The translations under genes were made by a program, and so were the position numbers. From NCBI GenBank assembly GCA_038997165.1, contig JAWBAK010000001.1:372595-436594 (forward strand): 64,000 bases of DNA, read 5' to 3'. This document shows positions 1 through 9,228 of the stretch, one piece after another. This DNA is from Candidatus Aenigmatarchaeota archaeon. Its GTDB lineage: Archaea > Aenigmatarchaeota > Aenigmatarchaeia > CG10238-14 > SpSt-28. The notes under the pieces were generated by a model. That model worked only from the letters and a program-made list of their open reading frames with translations, was not told the origin of the DNA and did no database searches. The stretch's first letter is position 1. The number at the start of each line of letters is the position of its first letter.

Positions 1-476
1 GGAATCATTTTTTCATTTGGCAAAGCCTCTCTATAGAAAATTTTTCCCTTTATTTTATCTAGATCATGAATTCCTATTGCAACTAATTTTCTATTTCTTC
101 CGACATATTTATGTAAAATTTCTTGAAATTCAATAATTTTTCTGAGAAGAGATTCATTCATAGATACATTTTTAACTACAAAACATGAAAAAAACTCTCT
201 ACATCTAACTTTATTACTATAATAAACTTTTACATTAGAATTTTCCATTTCAATTTTTTTAATACTTCCGCCAAAAACAAAATCTTTAATACCTTTTAAA
301 AATCCTTCTTCAAAAAATAAATCTATTCTATCAGAAGTTATTGTAATTTTAATTTTATTATCGCTAATTTCTTCTACTTCTGGCTTAAAATTTTCTATAA
401 TTTCTATTATTTTTTCGTTATTATCAATTTCCAATTCTTTTTTTATTTTTTGTAGATCAAATTCAAGTGTTGGCAT
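1..476 (-). CDS. pheT: Phenylalanyl-tRNA synthetase beta subunit, N-terminal part (runs off the window edge)
   Basis: Manual translation from ATG at 476 gives MPTLEFDL...TSDRIDLF...FQEILHKYVGRNRKLVAIGIHDLDKI, which matches archaeal PheT motifs; directly downstream of pheS. Confidence 0.93.
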   Translation of the reverse strand, partial: MPTLEFDLQKIKKELEIDNNEKIIEIIENFKPEVEEISDNKIKITITSDRIDLFFEEGFLKGIKDFVFGGSIKKIEMENSNVKVYYSNKVRCREFFSCFVVKNVSMNESLLRKIIEFQEILHKYVGRNRKLVAIGIHDLDKIKGKIFYREALPNEKMI

Positions 477-477
477 A

Positions 478-1932
478 TTACATATTTCTTAAAATATCAA
501 TATTTTGAGACATTATGTCTCTTATATCATTTATTCCTGTTTTTAGCATAACTAGTCTACCTATTCCAATTCCCCAAGCTAATACTGGCAAATCAATATT
601 AAATGGTTTTGTAACTTCTTCTCTAAATATTCCTGCACCACCAACTTCGATATATTTATTTCCAATTTTTACGAAAACTTCAACACTAGGTTCTGTAAAA
701 GGAAAATAAGCAGGTTTAAACTTAACTTCTTCGCTTCCAAAAATTTTAACTAATTCTTTTAAAATATAGAGTAGATTACTGAAGTTTAAATCTTTATCAA
801 CTATAATCCCTTCTAATTGATCGAATTCAACAAAATGTTTTGCATCAATAGTATCTGGTCTAAATACTCTATCAATTGCAAACATTTTTAATGGAATTTT
901 TACTTCTTTTTTACTTATTTTATATAAAACTCTAGCACTTATTGCTGTATTATGACTTCTTAATATGTATTTCTTAGCTAATTTTTCATCGAAATATTCC
1001 CAACTCTTAGAAAATTTCCCAAGATGAGATTCTTTAACATTTTCAAAAATTTCTTTATCTATTTCAGCTTCTTTGTCTGTATCAATATAATAAATGTCAT
1101 GAATATCTCTAGCTACATGTCTACTTGGCATAAATAGTGCGTCGCAATTCCAAAAGTTACATTCTATAATTTTTCCTTTAAATTCTTGAAATCCTAATGA
1201 AATTAAAAATTTTCTTACTTCATTCAAAATTCTATTATAGAAATGAATTTTTCCAGGATAAATTCTACCAGCGCTAACTAGTTCATATTTTTTAAATTTT
1301 TTGTTTTTCCATAATCCTTTCTTTAGAATTTCTGAAGTCAAAACAGTAATTTCTTCTTCAACTTCAAATTCTTGATTTTTTGCGAACTCTGTTAATTTTA
1401 TAAATCTTTTTTTAATAATCTTTTCTTCAACAATTTTCCTTTTTATAAATTCTGCTAAAATTTCTTTTTCCCCTTCTTTAATGTCTTCTTCATTCTTTTC
1501 AAATTTTAATTCTTCTAGAAATATTTCTTTTGGCATTTTTTTGTTTAAATATTCTATGGCATTTTCACTTAGTTGTATTTCCCCTCTTATAATAGAAATT
1601 AATTTATCATTTTTTAGCCAAATAATTCCTATTTCAGCGTTTTTATATTTTGTACTAAGTTCGCCTGCATTAGTAATACCTTTTGAAATTAATTCTAAAA
1701 CTTTTCTTTCTGGTAGCCCCTCTTCTAAATATTTTTTTCCTTCTTGAGATAGAGAAAAAACCTTTTTTTCTTCAATTTCTATTTCAATTAAGTTTTTTAA
1801 TTTTAAATTTTGTAATAATCTTTCAACTAAATCTTTATTTAATTTACATTTCTCTACTAAATCTTCAAAACTAATTTTTTCATTTTCTTTTAATACATTA
1901 ATTATTTCATATTCTTCTTTTGAAATCCTCAT
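478..1932 (-). CDS. pheS: Phenylalanyl-tRNA synthetase alpha subunit
   Basis: FWNCDALF, LRSHNT, RVFRPD, EFDQLEG, YFPFTEPS and GIGIGRL class II aaRS motifs. Confidence 0.97.
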   Translation of the reverse strand: MRISKEEYEIINVLKENEKISFEDLVEKCKLNKDLVERLLQNLKLKNLIEIEIEEKKVFSLSQEGKKYLEEGLPERKVLELISKGITNAGELSTKYKNAEIGIIWLKNDKLISIIRGEIQLSENAIEYLNKKMPKEIFLEELKFEKNEEDIKEGEKEILAEFIKRKIVEEKIIKKRFIKLTEFAKNQEFEVEEEITVLTSEILKKGLWKNKKFKKYELVSAGRIYPGKIHFYNRILNEVRKFLISLGFQEFKGKIIECNFWNCDALFMPSRHVARDIHDIYYIDTDKEAEIDKEIFENVKESHLGKFSKSWEYFDEKLAKKYILRSHNTAISARVLYKISKKEVKIPLKMFAIDRVFRPDTIDAKHFVEFDQLEGIIVDKDLNFSNLLYILKELVKIFGSEEVKFKPAYFPFTEPSVEVFVKIGNKYIEVGGAGIFREEVTKPFNIDLPVLAWGIGIGRLVMLKTGINDIRDIMSQNIDILRNM

Positions 1933-1971
1933 AAAAATTCTAAATTATAGACATAATTTTATTAATTTATT

Positions 1972-2045
1972 GGGGCCGTAGTCTAGCCTGGTAGCGACGC
2001 CGGCTTGGGGTGCCGGTAGCCCGAGTTCAAATCTCGGCGGCCCCA
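1972..2045 (+). tRNA. tRNA-Pro(GGG)
   Basis: Cloverleaf GGGGCCG...; anticodon arm CCGGC-TT GGG GT-GCCGG; T loop GTTCAAAT. Confidence 0.95.
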
Positions 2046-2094
2046 AGTATTATACTAAATGATTTTTCAAAAAGTCTTAGATTAATATTATTAT

Positions 2095-2243
2095 GCCGGG
2101 GTCGCCTAGTGGACATGGCGGCGGACTTGAGTGATAGATTGGCGTGAAACTGATAAGAGATATAAAAAATGATGTGGGTGTCGAAATAAGAAAGAAATCC
2201 GCTGGGCTCTAAGCCCGCGTGGGTTCGAATCCCACCCCCGGCG
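2095..2243 (+). tRNA. tRNA-Ser(TGA) with 65-nt intron at 37/38 (2132-2196)
   Basis: GCGGA-CT TGA G[intron]A-TCCGC; long variable arm GGGCTCTAAGCCC; G73. Confidence 0.93.
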
Positions 2244-2273
2244 AAATTCTTTGAATTTTTTAAAATTATTTTT

Positions 2274-2344
2274 TGGGCCCGCTGGGAGTTGAACCCAGCT
2301 CTCTGCCGCGTGAAGGCAGCGTCCTACCGCTAGACTACGGGCCC
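2274..2344 (-). tRNA. tRNA-Val(CAC)
   Basis: Reverse-complement cloverleaf; CTGCC-TT CAC GC-GGCAG. Confidence 0.93.
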
Positions 2345-2349
2345 AAAAA

Positions 2350-2763
2350 TTATTTTCTTATTTTTCTCCAATGAATGCTTGTATGAAGAAGTATTCTATC
2401 TTCAAAAAAATCAAAAATAAGATGAATTAAAAATGCTAAAAAAAGAAGAGATAAAAATAAATTTAGGAACATAATTATTGGCACTAATATTAAAAGAATT
2501 GTAATAAAATAAATATTATGAAATATTAAAAATCCTCTTCTTTCTCTATCACTTTTTATATTAAAAATTAAAAATTCTTTAAGTGACGTAAATTTAATAT
2601 ATTTTAAATAAATAAAATGATCTATATCAGGTAAAAAAGCTCCTATAAAAATAGCAACAATTCTTTCTATTAAAGATAATTCTTGAATGTATAGAAAAGA
2701 GAGAATAAAAAGTATTGTTGGAATTATAAAATGTAGTACTGTATGCAATTTCCAACTTTCCAT
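2350..2763 (-). CDS. Membrane-bound metal-dependent hydrolase (YdjM-like)
   Basis: Hydrophobic, with H..., PDIDH, FH and HLIFD motifs. Confidence 0.7.
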   Translation of the reverse strand: MESWKLHTVLHFIIPTILFILSFLYIQELSLIERIVAIFIGAFLPDIDHFIYLKYIKFTSLKEFLIFNIKSDRERRGFLIFHNIYFITILLILVPIIMFLNLFLSLLFLAFLIHLIFDFFEDRILLHTSIHWRKIRK

Positions 2764-2766
2764 AAG

Positions 2767-3327
2767 TTAAAAAAAGAAAAATAAAAATAATAAAGAAATT
2801 ATTAAAAAAATAATAGAAGATATGATAAAAAAAGATAGATATAGCGGCGAATAAAAAAATAAGATAGAACCAAAAGAGTTTTTATAAGGAAATAAAAAAG
2901 AAAGAATTAATATAGAAGGTAAAAATGTAAGTAAAAAGCTCTTAATTACTATTCCAAAAATTGCAAATATAAAAAGTGTTAATATAAAAATAAAGGATAC
3001 CTTTCCAATTTCTTTTGAAGTAATTTTGTTTTCAAAAATTTTTCTTGCTTTTGAATAATAATATATTTCTTCTAAAGATAATATTGGAAAAAAAGGAATT
3101 TTAAAAATTATAAATACTATAGAAATTAACATACCAAAAATATTTAGTTTAAAGATTGGTTTTATATAGATTTTTTCCGAATATAAAAAAGATGTTATAA
3201 AAGGAAAAAACAGAACTAAAAATGATGTTATTAATGAAATAAAATAATTGAAAGAAAAAATATAGGCTATTGAAATTCCACAAAATAAAGATGCAATAAT
3301 TATTGTTAAAAAATTTTGAATAAACAT
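2767..3327 (-). CDS. Hypothetical polytopic membrane protein
   Basis: 186 aa with several hydrophobic segments; coupled to its neighbours. Confidence 0.6.
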   Translation of the reverse strand: MFIQNFLTIIIASLFCGISIAYIFSFNYFISLITSFLVLFFPFITSFLYSEKIYIKPIFKLNIFGMLISIVFIIFKIPFFPILSLEEIYYYSKARKIFENKITSKEIGKVSFIFILTLFIFAIFGIVIKSFLLTFLPSILILSFLFPYKNSFGSILFFYSPLYLSFFIISSIIFLIISLLFLFFFF

Positions 3328-4115
3328 TAAGAAAAGAAATATTTTAGTGCATCCTCTATATTATAAACTTCTATAACTTTTATTCCAATTTCCTTTGAAA
3401 TATCTATTTCTTTTGTTTCAAAAGTTATTCTACAAAATTCAAAATTTCCGATTCTAGTACAATCTCTTTTTGGAATAAGTTCAAATTCTATTGATTGACC
3501 TTTTGGAACTAAACATATTTTTGCACCATAATTTTTTGCTGCTAAGCACTTTTCTTTTATAGCTCCAACTCTTCCTATATTTCCATTTTCATCTATAGTA
3601 CCTGTAATTACAACATCTTTTTTAAATTCTTTTTGAGTTAGTGCAGCTATAGTTGCAATAGTAATTGCTGAACCAGCAGATGGGCCACCAATTATTGAAG
3701 CATTAGCTTCTATAGTATAAATAATATCTAAATTCGATGTGTTAATTTTTGTAATTTTTTCAGCCAAATTTTTTGCTATTCTTATTGAGTTTTGTGTATC
3801 GATCCAAAACAATAAATTTTCAATATTTACTAAAATTTTTCCACTACCATTTTTAACCTCAACAATTAATTTTGTTATAACTCCATTTCCATTTTCATCA
3901 ACAGCTAATAATGGGAACTCTACTTTTGAATAATTAGAAAAATATTGAGAAACAAAATCAATTTTAGATGGTAAATTATTTGTGCTTTCAAGTTTAATTT
4001 TTTTGAAAATAATTTGAAGGTTATAATATATTGAAAAAACGCTTAAAATTATTACTAAGAATGAGAGTAACAAAATAATATTATTGTTATTTTTATTCTT
4101 CTTTTTTCCTCTCAT
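3327..4115 (-). CDS. Membrane-anchored Lon-type (S16) serine protease domain protein
   Basis: N-terminal TM; GGPSAG (catalytic Ser), ITGTI, VGAIKEK (catalytic Lys). Confidence 0.88.
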   Translation of the reverse strand: MRGKKKNKNNNNIILLLSFLVIILSVFSIYYNLQIIFKKIKLESTNNLPSKIDFVSQYFSNYSKVEFPLLAVDENGNGVITKLIVEVKNGSGKILVNIENLLFWIDTQNSIRIAKNLAEKITKINTSNLDIIYTIEANASIIGGPSAGSAITIATIAALTQKEFKKDVVITGTIDENGNIGRVGAIKEKCLAAKNYGAKICLVPKGQSIEFELIPKRDCTRIGNFEFCRITFETKEIDISKEIGIKVIEVYNIEDALKYFFS

Positions 4116-4148
4116 ATAAGATAATTAGCGGAAGAATTTAAAATAATT

Positions 4149-4431
4149 GGTGGGGGCACGCTTAGGGTCGATAGATTAACCCACTACGATTTACCCAACC
4201 CTCGGCTAATAAGCATATCCGTGAACGCAGATATTATAGCTTATGGCTGCTTCCTTTCGGACCTCACCAGGTTCGCTATAATATCTGCCCCACGGATATG
4301 CTTATTTCATAGCCTAAGGTTGGATCGTAGTGAGTTAATCTACCTTCCCTAAGCTACGGCGGCCGTTATGGACCGTTTGCCCTGGCATTTTGCCAGAGGG
4401 GAGGCCCAGCCCCCCGCCGGAGGCCCCCACC
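4149..4431 (-). ncRNA. ffs: Signal recognition particle (SRP/7S) RNA
   Basis: GC-rich 283-nt island; terminal helix GGUGGGGGC/GCCCCCACC; long helix 5; helix 8 GAGGUCCGAAAGGAAGCAGC. Confidence 0.93.
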
Positions 4432-4507
4432 TAATTATTTTATAGTTTTATTAAATAATAAACGAAAGCTTTAAATAATTTATTTATAGAAATAAATAGT
4501 AAGTAAT

Positions 4508-4636
4508 ATGAACTACTTACTTTTTGAAGAAGAGGAGGAAGAGGAAGAAGAAGAAGACTTTGAAGAAGAAGAAGAGTGGGAAGAAGAAGAGCTGGAAGAA
4601 GACTTTGAAGAAGAAGAAGAGTGGGAAGAAGAGTAA
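4508..4636 (+). CDS. 42-aa hyper-acidic (poly-Glu) microprotein, not in the ORF track
   Basis: ATG at 4508, TAA at 4634; MNYLLF(E10)DF(E5)W(E4)LEEDF(E5)WEEE; BRE/TATA-like GAAAGCTTTAAATA at about 4465-4478. Confidence 0.6.
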   Translation: MNYLLFEEEEEEEEEEDFEEEEEWEEEELEEDFEEEEEWEEE

Positions 4637-4640
4637 TAGA

Positions 4641-5468
4641 CTAAAAAACTTTAAAATCTATCCTTACTTTATATATTTTTGGTGCATAAGGCAAAACTTT
4701 TATTTTTTCAAGGATTTCATAATTAAAGTTAAATAGTTTAGTAGCTTCTTCAATATCATTTAACGCTTTTTCAAATAAATTATCTTCTTTACCCCAATTA
4801 TAGTAATGAATAATTGTATTTTCTTTAGCAAATTCTAATGCTTTAATTAAAAAATTTTCTGTAGAAATTGGTAATGTAACTAAAATTCTGTCAAATTTTT
4901 CTTTTAAATTTAAATATCTTACATCGCAAATTATATTAAATAATTTATTTTCCACCTTATTTATTTTTTTATTTTCTTCTGCATATTTTATTGCGTATTT
5001 ATTAATTTCTATACAATAAACTTTTACATTTTTTATTTTTTTAAAAATTGCAAATGCAAACGGAGCAATACCACTAAATAAATATAGTATCTTTTCGTTT
5101 TCTTTAACTTTTGATGCTATTCTTTGTCTTTCAGTTGATTCTCTCGGAGAAAAATAAACTTTTGTTGGATCTAATTTTAGAAAATAACCATATTCTTTAT
5201 GAATTACTTCAGTATTTTTATCTCCGATTATTTCAAATTCATATAATCTTAGATTACCTTTTCTTGGCGTTTTTTTAAATAATACAGATTTAACATTCTT
5301 ATTCAATTCCATTATAGCTTTTGCTATTTCGTTTTTATATCTATCATATATTTCATTCCAATCTATAATAGCAACAGCTTTTTCTTTATTACCAATTATA
5401 TCAAAACTTCTAGGTATTTTATCTAAAATTTCTTTAGGAATTTTATCCTTTAATTTCTCTTTTAACAT
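4641..5468 (-). CDS. trm5: tRNA (guanine-N1)-methyltransferase, Trm5/Taw2 family
   Basis: SFDIIG, HKEYG, KVYFSPRESTER and a SAM-binding region; start placed at MLKEKLK (5468). Confidence 0.85.
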   Translation of the reverse strand: MLKEKLKDKIPKEILDKIPRSFDIIGNKEKAVAIIDWNEIYDRYKNEIAKAIMELNKNVKSVLFKKTPRKGNLRLYEFEIIGDKNTEVIHKEYGYFLKLDPTKVYFSPRESTERQRIASKVKENEKILYLFSGIAPFAFAIFKKIKNVKVYCIEINKYAIKYAEENKKINKVENKLFNIICDVRYLNLKEKFDRILVTLPISTENFLIKALEFAKENTIIHYYNWGKEDNLFEKALNDIEEATKLFNFNYEILEKIKVLPYAPKIYKVRIDFKVF

Positions 5469-5472
5469 AATT

Positions 5473-6126
5473 ATGAATATGATAGTTGCACTAAATTTCA
5501 AAGCTTTTAAAGAATTGATTGGATATAATTCTATAAGAGTTATTAGAAAAATTGATAAAAAATTTAAAAATATAAGTATAATTGCTATAATAAATCCAGC
5601 CGATATATCTTTAGTTTCTAGATTTAAAAGAAAAAATTTAAAAATTTATGTATCTTTAAATAGATATTGCGAAACTTATGGTTCCTTTACAGGTTGTATT
5701 CCTTTGGATTATATAAAAGAAATAGGTATTGATGGCGTTCTGTTAAATCATTATGAAAATAGAATAGACTTAAAAACTATTAAACAATTTATCGAGTACT
5801 GTAAAAAAGTTAATTTAGAAACAATGGTTTGTGCAAAAAACTTAAAAGAAGCTAAAAAAATAGATAAATTAAATCCAAATAGTATAGCATATGAAGTACC
5901 AGAATTAATAGGTAGTGGAAAAGCAATTTCAAAATATAAAGCAGAAAGTTTAAAAAAATTTGTTAAAATTGTTAAAAATATTCCTATATGTGGTGCTGGA
6001 ATTTCTGAAGCTATTGATGTAAAAATTGCTAAAGAATTAGGAGTTAAAGGTGTATTAATTGCTAGTGCTTTTGCTAAAGCTAAAAATAAATTAGAATTTC
6101 TTAACCAAATAGACAAAATTTTATGA
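5473..6126 (+). CDS. tpiA: Triosephosphate isomerase (archaeal type)
   Basis: LNFK, GSFTG, LLNHYE, AYEVPELIG, CGAGIS and GVLIAS motifs. Confidence 0.92.
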   Translation: MNMIVALNFKAFKELIGYNSIRVIRKIDKKFKNISIIAIINPADISLVSRFKRKNLKIYVSLNRYCETYGSFTGCIPLDYIKEIGIDGVLLNHYENRIDLKTIKQFIEYCKKVNLETMVCAKNLKEAKKIDKLNPNSIAYEVPELIGSGKAISKYKAESLKKFVKIVKNIPICGAGISEAIDVKIAKELGVKGVLIASAFAKAKNKLEFLNQIDKIL

Positions 6127-7052
6127 GAGCACTAGTTGTTGGAAGTTCTTTAATAGATATAGTTTGTAGATTTGAAGATAAAATCATAACGAAGAAAAAT
6201 AATTTAATATTAAACTTGGGATCAAAATATAATTTAGATTTAATAGAATTTTCTGTAGGAGGTTCTGCTTTAAATATTGCTTGTGATCTAGCTAATTTGA
6301 ATAACGAAGTTAGTTTAATCTCTAGAATTGGAAAAGATATCTATGGAAACTATATATTAGAAACTTTGAAAAAATATAAGGTAAATCCTCTAATTAAAAT
6401 CGATAAAGAATCTACTGGTTTTTCAGTAATTTTGTTGAAAAATGGAGAAAAAATTGTTCTATCTAGCAAAGGAGCTTCTGAAAATTTAGAAGAAAATGAT
6501 ATAAATGAGGAAACGATAAAGAAAAATGATATAATAATCGCAACTAGTTGTGGAAAAAATTCTAAAAAAATTTATAAAAAAATTTTTAAATTATCAAAAA
6601 AATATAATAAATTTTTTGTTTTTAATCCAAGCATTTCAATAATAAGGAAAGAAAGAAATTTATTAGAGATATTTAGTGATGGCGAAATAATTATTTTAAA
6701 TGAAGAAGAAGCTAAAGAACTGACTAAAAAAAGAAATATTAATAAAGCTGCTAAAAAATTACTAAAACATTTTAGAAGAGTAATAATTACATTAGGAAAA
6801 AGAGGTTCGATTTATTTTGATTATAATAATAAAATTTATCAAAAAGCATATAAAGTAAGAGTTGTTAGCACAATAGGGGCAGGTGATAGTTTTACTGCAG
6901 GTTTTGTTCATTATTATTTTAAAACAAGAAATATAATTGATTCTTTAAAATTTGCAGCTGCATATGCAGCAATTAACGTTTCTAATTTTGGAAGTATAGT
7001 TGAGGCAAAAGAATTTGAAGTTTTAGATTTTATTAAAAAATTCAAAATTTAA
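6123..7052 (+). CDS. PfkB/ribokinase-family carbohydrate or nucleoside kinase
   Basis: GGSALN, NEEEA, ITLGKRG, STIGAGDSF. Confidence 0.92.
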   Translation: MRALVVGSSLIDIVCRFEDKIITKKNNLILNLGSKYNLDLIEFSVGGSALNIACDLANLNNEVSLISRIGKDIYGNYILETLKKYKVNPLIKIDKESTGFSVILLKNGEKIVLSSKGASENLEENDINEETIKKNDIIIATSCGKNSKKIYKKIFKLSKKYNKFFVFNPSISIIRKERNLLEIFSDGEIIILNEEEAKELTKKRNINKAAKKLLKHFRRVIITLGKRGSIYFDYNNKIYQKAYKVRVVSTIGAGDSFTAGFVHYYFKTRNIIDSLKFAAAYAAINVSNFGSIVEAKEFEVLDFIKKFKI

Positions 7053-7055
7053 ATC

Positions 7056-7316
7056 TTAGATGGTAAAAAACTTTTTAAATTCTTCTTGTATTTCAATTTT
7101 TTTAAAATGGAGACACGCATCAATATATGCCCAAGAAATCGTTATTGCTTCGAAAGAGTTTAAATAATCTTCCTTTTCAAAAAAATATTTTGCATCATAA
7201 AAATAACTTTTTGCTAACTCTATTAATTCATTATCTTCTAATATTTTTAAATTCTTCATAACTTCTTCAATAATTTTTATTTGCTTTTCTGCTAATTCTT
7301 TTAGTTTTTCCTTCAT
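7056..7316 (-). CDS. DUF357-like protein
   Basis: AKSYFYDAKYFFEKEDYLNSFEAITISWAYIDA pattern. Confidence 0.8.
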   Translation of the reverse strand: MKEKLKELAEKQIKIIEEVMKNLKILEDNELIELAKSYFYDAKYFFEKEDYLNSFEAITISWAYIDACLHFKKIEIQEEFKKFFTI

Positions 7317-8084
7317 TTAAATGTTTAAATTTAAAAGCTTTATTATATTTTCATCTATTGTTTTTTCCACAGTTTCTAAACTAATATTCTTTAATTTTGA
7401 GATATATTCTAAACAAATTTTTACATTCGTAGGTTCATTTATTTCTTTTCCAATTCCACACCAAGGAGAATCAGTTTCTGTAACTAAAAACTCTAGAGGA
7501 ATTTCTTTAGCTACATTCTGTATTGCAGGATTTTTATATATTTGATTGTTTATACTTATAAAGTAATTTTCCTTTATGGTTTCTTTTGCAATTTTGATTT
7601 TTCCATCAAAAAAATGAAAAACAGCACTTTTAACATCTTCATTAACAATAATTTTGAAAACATCCTCAATTGCTAATCTTGCATGCAATATTATAGGTTT
7701 TTTAATATCTTTAGAAATTTCAATAAATCTTTTAAAAACTTCTATAGATTTTTTAATTTTTTCACTTTCTTTTATCCAATAATAATCTAATCCAATTTCT
7801 CCAATTGCAACTATTTTATCTCTATTTTGATAAATAAATTCTAGATATTCATCTATCTCCCTTTCTGTATAGTTAATTGCTTCAATAGGGTGCAAACCTA
7901 AAGAACTAAATACAAAATTCTTATATTTTTCTGATAGTTGAATAGAATGTTTTGCATCTTCAAAATTAGTTGCAGAATCTATAATAGCTTTTAAGTGTTT
8001 TTTATATTCTTCAATTTTATTAACTAATGGGTTATAATTTTTATTAAATGTTTTAGTACTTAAATGACAATGTATATCTATCAT
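7317..8084 (-). CDS. tatD: TatD-family nuclease/hydrolase
   Basis: DIHCH, GLHP, AIGEIGLDY, ILHAR, ETDSP. Confidence 0.95.
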   Translation of the reverse strand: MIDIHCHLSTKTFNKNYNPLVNKIEEYKKHLKAIIDSATNFEDAKHSIQLSEKYKNFVFSSLGLHPIEAINYTEREIDEYLEFIYQNRDKIVAIGEIGLDYYWIKESEKIKKSIEVFKRFIEISKDIKKPIILHARLAIEDVFKIIVNEDVKSAVFHFFDGKIKIAKETIKENYFISINNQIYKNPAIQNVAKEIPLEFLVTETDSPWCGIGKEINEPTNVKICLEYISKLKNISLETVEKTIDENIIKLLNLNI

Positions 8085-9139
8085 AAATTTTTATTTGAAT
8101 GCTTTAAATAGTTTAAAAGCTTATCTATTTTTAGTTGAAATTCCTCGTATTCACTATTGTAATATTCTATGTTCATACTCATATCTAAATCAAAGATATA
8201 TAAATTACTTACTACTCTAACATTTTTTATTCCATTATTTTTTAAAATTTCTCTGATATTTTTTGCATGAGCCGCACCTACAATAACTAATATTCTATAT
8301 TTTCCAAACTCTCTTTTAAGCTCTTCAACAGATTTCATAATTTCGTAAGCCATTTCTCTTTCTCTCAGATTATTTATATATCTTATAAGTTCTATATTAT
8401 TTTCATTATATGCCTTATTAAGTTCTTCTCTCAGATGTTCATTATTGTCTATAATCTTTTCTTCAGACCCAACTTTGAGAATTGCTTCTTTTATATAAAA
8501 ATCTCTTATTGTAAGTCTATAAATTATTCTCGAAGGTATAAGAAGCTCTAAATATTTATATAGATCAGAAAGATATGTTAAATATTTTTCTATATCAGTA
8601 TCTAATTTTTCATAGATAAAAGAGTTTATTGATTCTTCTACAAACTTACGTAAATTATAAAATTCTTTGCCATTTAAATCAAACAAATTAGTATCGATAT
8701 TAATTTCATACTTTTTTCTTTTATTTTTTATTGAATATCTTTTCAAAATTTCTGATATAATATTTTCTAATTTTTGTCTTTCTTCTTCTGAAATTCTATC
8801 ACTAATAGTTTCTAGATAATATTTAATAGTTCCTATTTCTTTCATGTTTTCTATAAATTCCTTCTTAAAATCTTCTATACTACCTTCAACTTCTCTTAAA
8901 TCTTCCGATTTCAAAATATAACCTTCCGATAAAACTTTATAAGGTTTGAGTCTTTTTATTAACCAACTTATTATTTTTGCATCTAATTCTGATAAGTGAT
9001 TCTCGCCATATATTACGATTAGATCTCTATTAATTTTTTTATCAATTACAGATGAAACTATTTCTTTGATAGAGCTAATAGCAAACGGTACTTCAAATAG
9101 AATATTCAAAATCTTTTTTATTTCGTTTCTTACGTTCAT
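8081..9139 (-). CDS. Hypothetical protein with EreA/ChaN/TraB(Tiki)-like motifs
   Basis: YGENH near the N-terminus, VLSEG, R-E-R-E-M and IVGAAH. Confidence 0.5.
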   Translation of the reverse strand: MNVRNEIKKILNILFEVPFAISSIKEIVSSVIDKKINRDLIVIYGENHLSELDAKIISWLIKRLKPYKVLSEGYILKSEDLREVEGSIEDFKKEFIENMKEIGTIKYYLETISDRISEEERQKLENIISEILKRYSIKNKRKKYEINIDTNLFDLNGKEFYNLRKFVEESINSFIYEKLDTDIEKYLTYLSDLYKYLELLIPSRIIYRLTIRDFYIKEAILKVGSEEKIIDNNEHLREELNKAYNENNIELIRYINNLREREMAYEIMKSVEELKREFGKYRILVIVGAAHAKNIREILKNNGIKNVRVVSNLYIFDLDMSMNIEYYNSEYEEFQLKIDKLLNYLKHSNKNL

Positions 9140-9228
9140 AAATGATTACAAATACATCCTCTATTATGCTTTTTAATGATTAGCGTTATTATTTAGAACT
9201 AAAATTAAAAATATTATATATGAAGATT

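Noticed and set aside
1940..1972. Possible leaderless tRNA transcription (RNase P loss), suggested by TTAT/ATT directly before several tRNA genes
   Set aside because: No consistent TATA spacing could be established by eye in such AT-rich DNA
4524..4736. Poly-Lys/Arg ORF from the track (MKKRRKRKKKK...)
   Set aside because: TTG start, alternative frame of the GAA-rich tract, and it overlaps trm5; the ATG-started poly-Glu frame fits better
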